Shown here: positions 17,601-19,873 of the stretch, piece after piece
Layout: each line of letters starts with the position of its first letter
Numbering within the stretch: position 1 is the first letter of the stretch
NCBI GenBank assembly: GCA_000388065.2
Contig: KB932204.1
DNA length: 19,873 nt
DNA from: Fonticula alba ATCC 38817
Taxonomy: Eukaryota; Protista; Nucleariida
Reading direction: 5' to 3' (one strand)
Notes under the pieces: model-generated
Told to the model about the DNA's origin: nothing
Databases searched by the model: none
What the model saw: only the letters and a program-made list of their open reading frames with translations
Program-made: the position numbers and the translations under genes

Positions 17601-19853
17601 CCACATGCAGGGAGGGGCTGGCCCCCGGGGGCACGGTCGGCGGACCGCCCCACACCAGGAGCGTCGTCCGGCTGACCCAGAGAATCCCCCGGACGGTGGT
17701 GCTGCTGCTGTGCGCCTGCTGCCGGGCCAGGACCCGGTACGTGCGCAGGATCGAGGTCCCGGTGACGGCCGGGCGCACGGCCACGGCCGGCACCTCGGCC
17801 CGGATGTTCAGCAGCTGCACCAGGCCGCGCACACTGCCGACGGCCACCGTGGCCCCGACCACCGGGCCCAGCTCCGGCGGCGGGGCCGACAGGCAGGTGA
17901 TGTGGCCCAAGACCGGGGCCTGCTCGGCCAGGATGTCCAATTCCAGCTGACTGGTCGCCGGTCCGGCCGGTCGCCCGGGCCACCGCCCGGGCGGCCAGGA
18001 ATCCCCCGGGGCCTGCGCGGCCAGCTTCATCATGAACACCCGGCCCAGGCTGTTCTGACTGAGGACATAGAGCCCGGACCAGAACCCGGCCCCGGCCGAG
18101 CCCAATCGCTGGCCGAGGACCCGCGGCCCGGGGGGTCGGAACTGCCGGCCCCAGCCCCGGCCCCGGCCCCGGCCGGGCGCTGCGCCGGCCGGAAGGACGC
18201 CTCATAATACCGATCCAGGGCCGGGACATCCCAATGCGTGGACAGGGCCGAAATGTGCACCAGCGGGTCGGCCCCCTCCGGGCTGTGGTGCCCGCCCAGG
18301 GCAAACCCAATGTCAACCTCGTCCCCGGGCCCGGCCGGCAGCAGGGCCGGTAGATAGAGGCCAAACTGCCCGCCGGACGAGTGGACAAAGACCGCCGGGC
18401 AGTCCCAGTAGGGGGTCCGGTCACCGGGGGCCGGGACCGTGGCCGCGGGCAACAGTGCCGACGCCCAGGGAGGGACCAGGCTGATGGCGCTGATGGTGGC
18501 ACTGCCTTGGCTGGGGATGAAAGAACCAACGATCTGTGCGTGCGTACGAGGGGGGGAGGGAGAGAGAGGGGGGGGGNNNNNNNNNNNNNNNNNNNNNNNN
18601 NNNNNNNNNNNNNNGGGGATATGGCCGCATCCGTGGCCGTTTCCGTTTTCGCGCCCATGTCCCGGTGTGTCCGTGATGGCAGAAGAAAGCAGGAGGGTCA
18701 GAGGGGGAGGGAGGGGGACATAAAGAGGGGAGGGGGGACACATGTGCCGAAGGGGGCAGGCACCTGCTGCAGGGCGCAATCCAGCACCACGATCTCCGTG
18801 GAGGTGGCCACAAAGACGAGCCCCGGGCCGGAGGACGCGCGCCCCGGGGCGGCCGGGCCGATGGCAAAGTCCACAATGTTGTCGGAGCTGGCGGCGGTAC
18901 CGCCACCCCCGCCGACGCGGATCTTCTGCTTGACCACGGCCTCCGGGTCGAACTTGCCGGACCGGCTGATGCTGAGGCCGTTCAGGATGTAGAGGACCCC
19001 ATCCGAGGTGGCCAACAGCAGGCGGTGGCGGATGTCCAGGCGGAAGCCGACGAAGCTCACATCGGAGTGGTCCCCCGGGGCGATGACATATGAGATGGGG
19101 GCCGCGGCCGGGGCCTTGCCCGGGGGCGCCACATCCGGCAGGCTGGTGTCATACACGCAGAGCATGAGGTTGGGCGTGGTGTAGAGGACCACCAGCAGGT
19201 GGGGGTGCACCGGGTGCCATTGGAAGTCGGCGATGCGCGCGTGCGACAGACGGCGCGGGGAGAACCCCTGCGTCGGCACGATGTGCCGGCCCGGCGAGAG
19301 GCAGAGAGAGGGCGGCGCAGTCAGTGGACAGATGCCGGGAGGGGCAAAGGGCCAGGAGCAAGGGGCGAGGGCAAACGCAGGAGGAGCAGACCCGGGGCGA
19401 TGATGCGCACTGGGGTCGTCAGGTTCCGGATGAACAGCTGGCCGCAATTGTTCAGGTAAGCCACGCGGACATCATACGGCCCGGGGCTGATGTCGACGCC
19501 GCCCATGACCGCGCGCAGGGGGTAACGCGCAGCCATGGCCCCGGTGGCCGGGTCGGCCGGGTCGGCCGGGTCGGCGTCCGGGACGCCAGGCCCGGCTGGA
19601 CGTGCCAGGGCCGCCCGCGTGGGGCATGCCTCGGAGTAGGCCTCCGGCGGGGCGAGACACCCGAATTGCAGGGCCTGATTGTAGTTGGTCCGCACGCGGA
19701 AGATGTGGCTGGTGGTGTCCTCGTACACCTGGAGCGTGGGGCAGGCGTCGTCCTGGCTGAGGGAGGACAGCGGAGACCCGGGGACCAGGCCCAGCACCAG
19801 GAGCGAGCGCGAGGCGAACACATAGTGAAAGGGCGACACAAAGCAGAGGGTGT
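14692..19853 (-). CDS. WDR11: WDR11-like WD40 protein, 5'-partial. Exons (minus) 19853-19411, 19267-18764, 18533-17414 (contains a one-base frame discontinuity near 18030-18200), 17041-14877, 14738-14692; about 1425 aa in window
   Basis: Colinear blocks resemble remembered human WDR11: IADFQWHPVHPHLLVVLY~IQDVQW..RDLLLAIH; LLLATSDGVLYI~LTLLTSEGIVFI; TEIVVLDCALQQIVG~REILILDLEVNQTVG; VAVGSVRGLVQLLNI~VAVGTSNGSVLVYHL; VRGILWVS~VKGIEWTS; NNEVVLLDLTSGR~RNELQLVDLPTGR; IAWCNEGLLLGAEDG~IAWKGDTLVLGDMDG; SDGSIRIF~DDGCIRVL. Introns 19410-19268, 18763-18534, 17413-17042 and 14876-14739 are GT-AG and phase-consistent. Confidence 0.8.
15323..15430 (-). repeat. 12-bp coding tandem repeat (plus-strand unit GAGCCGGGGTGC, 9 units) encoding (PGSH)n in WDR11
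   Basis: Units at 15323, 15335, 15347, 15359, 15371, 15383, 15395, 15407, 15419; translation QPGSHPGSHPGSHPGSHPGSHPGSHPGSHPGSRPGSHPGSP. Confidence 0.95.
15538..15573 (-). repeat. 12-bp coding repeat x3 (CCCCGACATGGA) encoding (SMSG)3 in WDR11
   Basis: Direct read; translation GSMSGSMSGSMSG. Confidence 0.9.
17103..17356. repeat. Compound minisatellite in WDR11 intron: 19-mer GGTGAGAGGGGTATGAGTG x3, 12-mer GGAGGAGAGAGA x4, then about ten AGCAAAG(A/T)(A/G)AGA-type 12-mers
   Basis: 19-mers at 17103, 17122, 17141; 12-mers at 17179-17226; AGCAAAGAAAGA family at 17227-17350. Confidence 0.9.
18577..18614. other. Assembly gap (38 N) inside a WDR11 intron, flanked by G runs
   Basis: N run. Confidence 0.99.
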
Positions 19854-19873
19854 CTGCGGTGGGACGGGGGGGG

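Noticed and set aside
12882-19853. Functional clustering of TMBIM and WDR11 (both Golgi/endosomal)
   Set aside because: Shared compartment is too generic, the orientation is convergent, and no pathway link is established.
47-19873. The many overlapping Arg/Pro/Gly-rich ORFs in alternative frames
   Set aside because: Expected stop scarcity in very GC-rich DNA. Several run through N gaps or introns; none has GC3 periodicity or homology apart from the frames used in the four gene models.

Overview
GC-rich, intron-containing eukaryotic genomic DNA with five N gaps. It is not prokaryotic, and most of the supplied long ORFs are shadow frames. The Ala/Gly/Pro-rich proteins, CTRAC branch points and C-rich introns would fit a GC-rich unicellular opisthokont such as Fonticula, but that is an unverified inference. 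I assembled four spliced genes by hand with phase-consistent introns, plus one tRNA: (1) 3' part of GRWD1/RRB1 (+, 141-1715); (2) a very large URB2/NPA2 (+, <3432-10976, at least 2208 aa); (3) tRNA-Arg(ACG) (+, 11600-11673); (4) a complete TMBIM/Lifeguard (Bax inhibitor-1 family) gene (+, 12882-14282, 286 aa); (5) a WDR11-like gene (-, >19853-14692). Protein family calls rest on remembered similarity, not database searches. I see no mobile element, CRISPR array or clearly new multi-gene system. The best leads are: a 5' splice-site dialect (GTRCGY, with C at +4 in 14 of 15 introns and A in none); a one-base frame discontinuity in WDR11 with no good intron to explain it; WDR11 apparently stopping before its C-terminal helical domain; a shared TGTATT/AATACA motif downstream of all four genes; and adjacency of two uL3-linked 60S biogenesis genes with a PAC-like motif between them.
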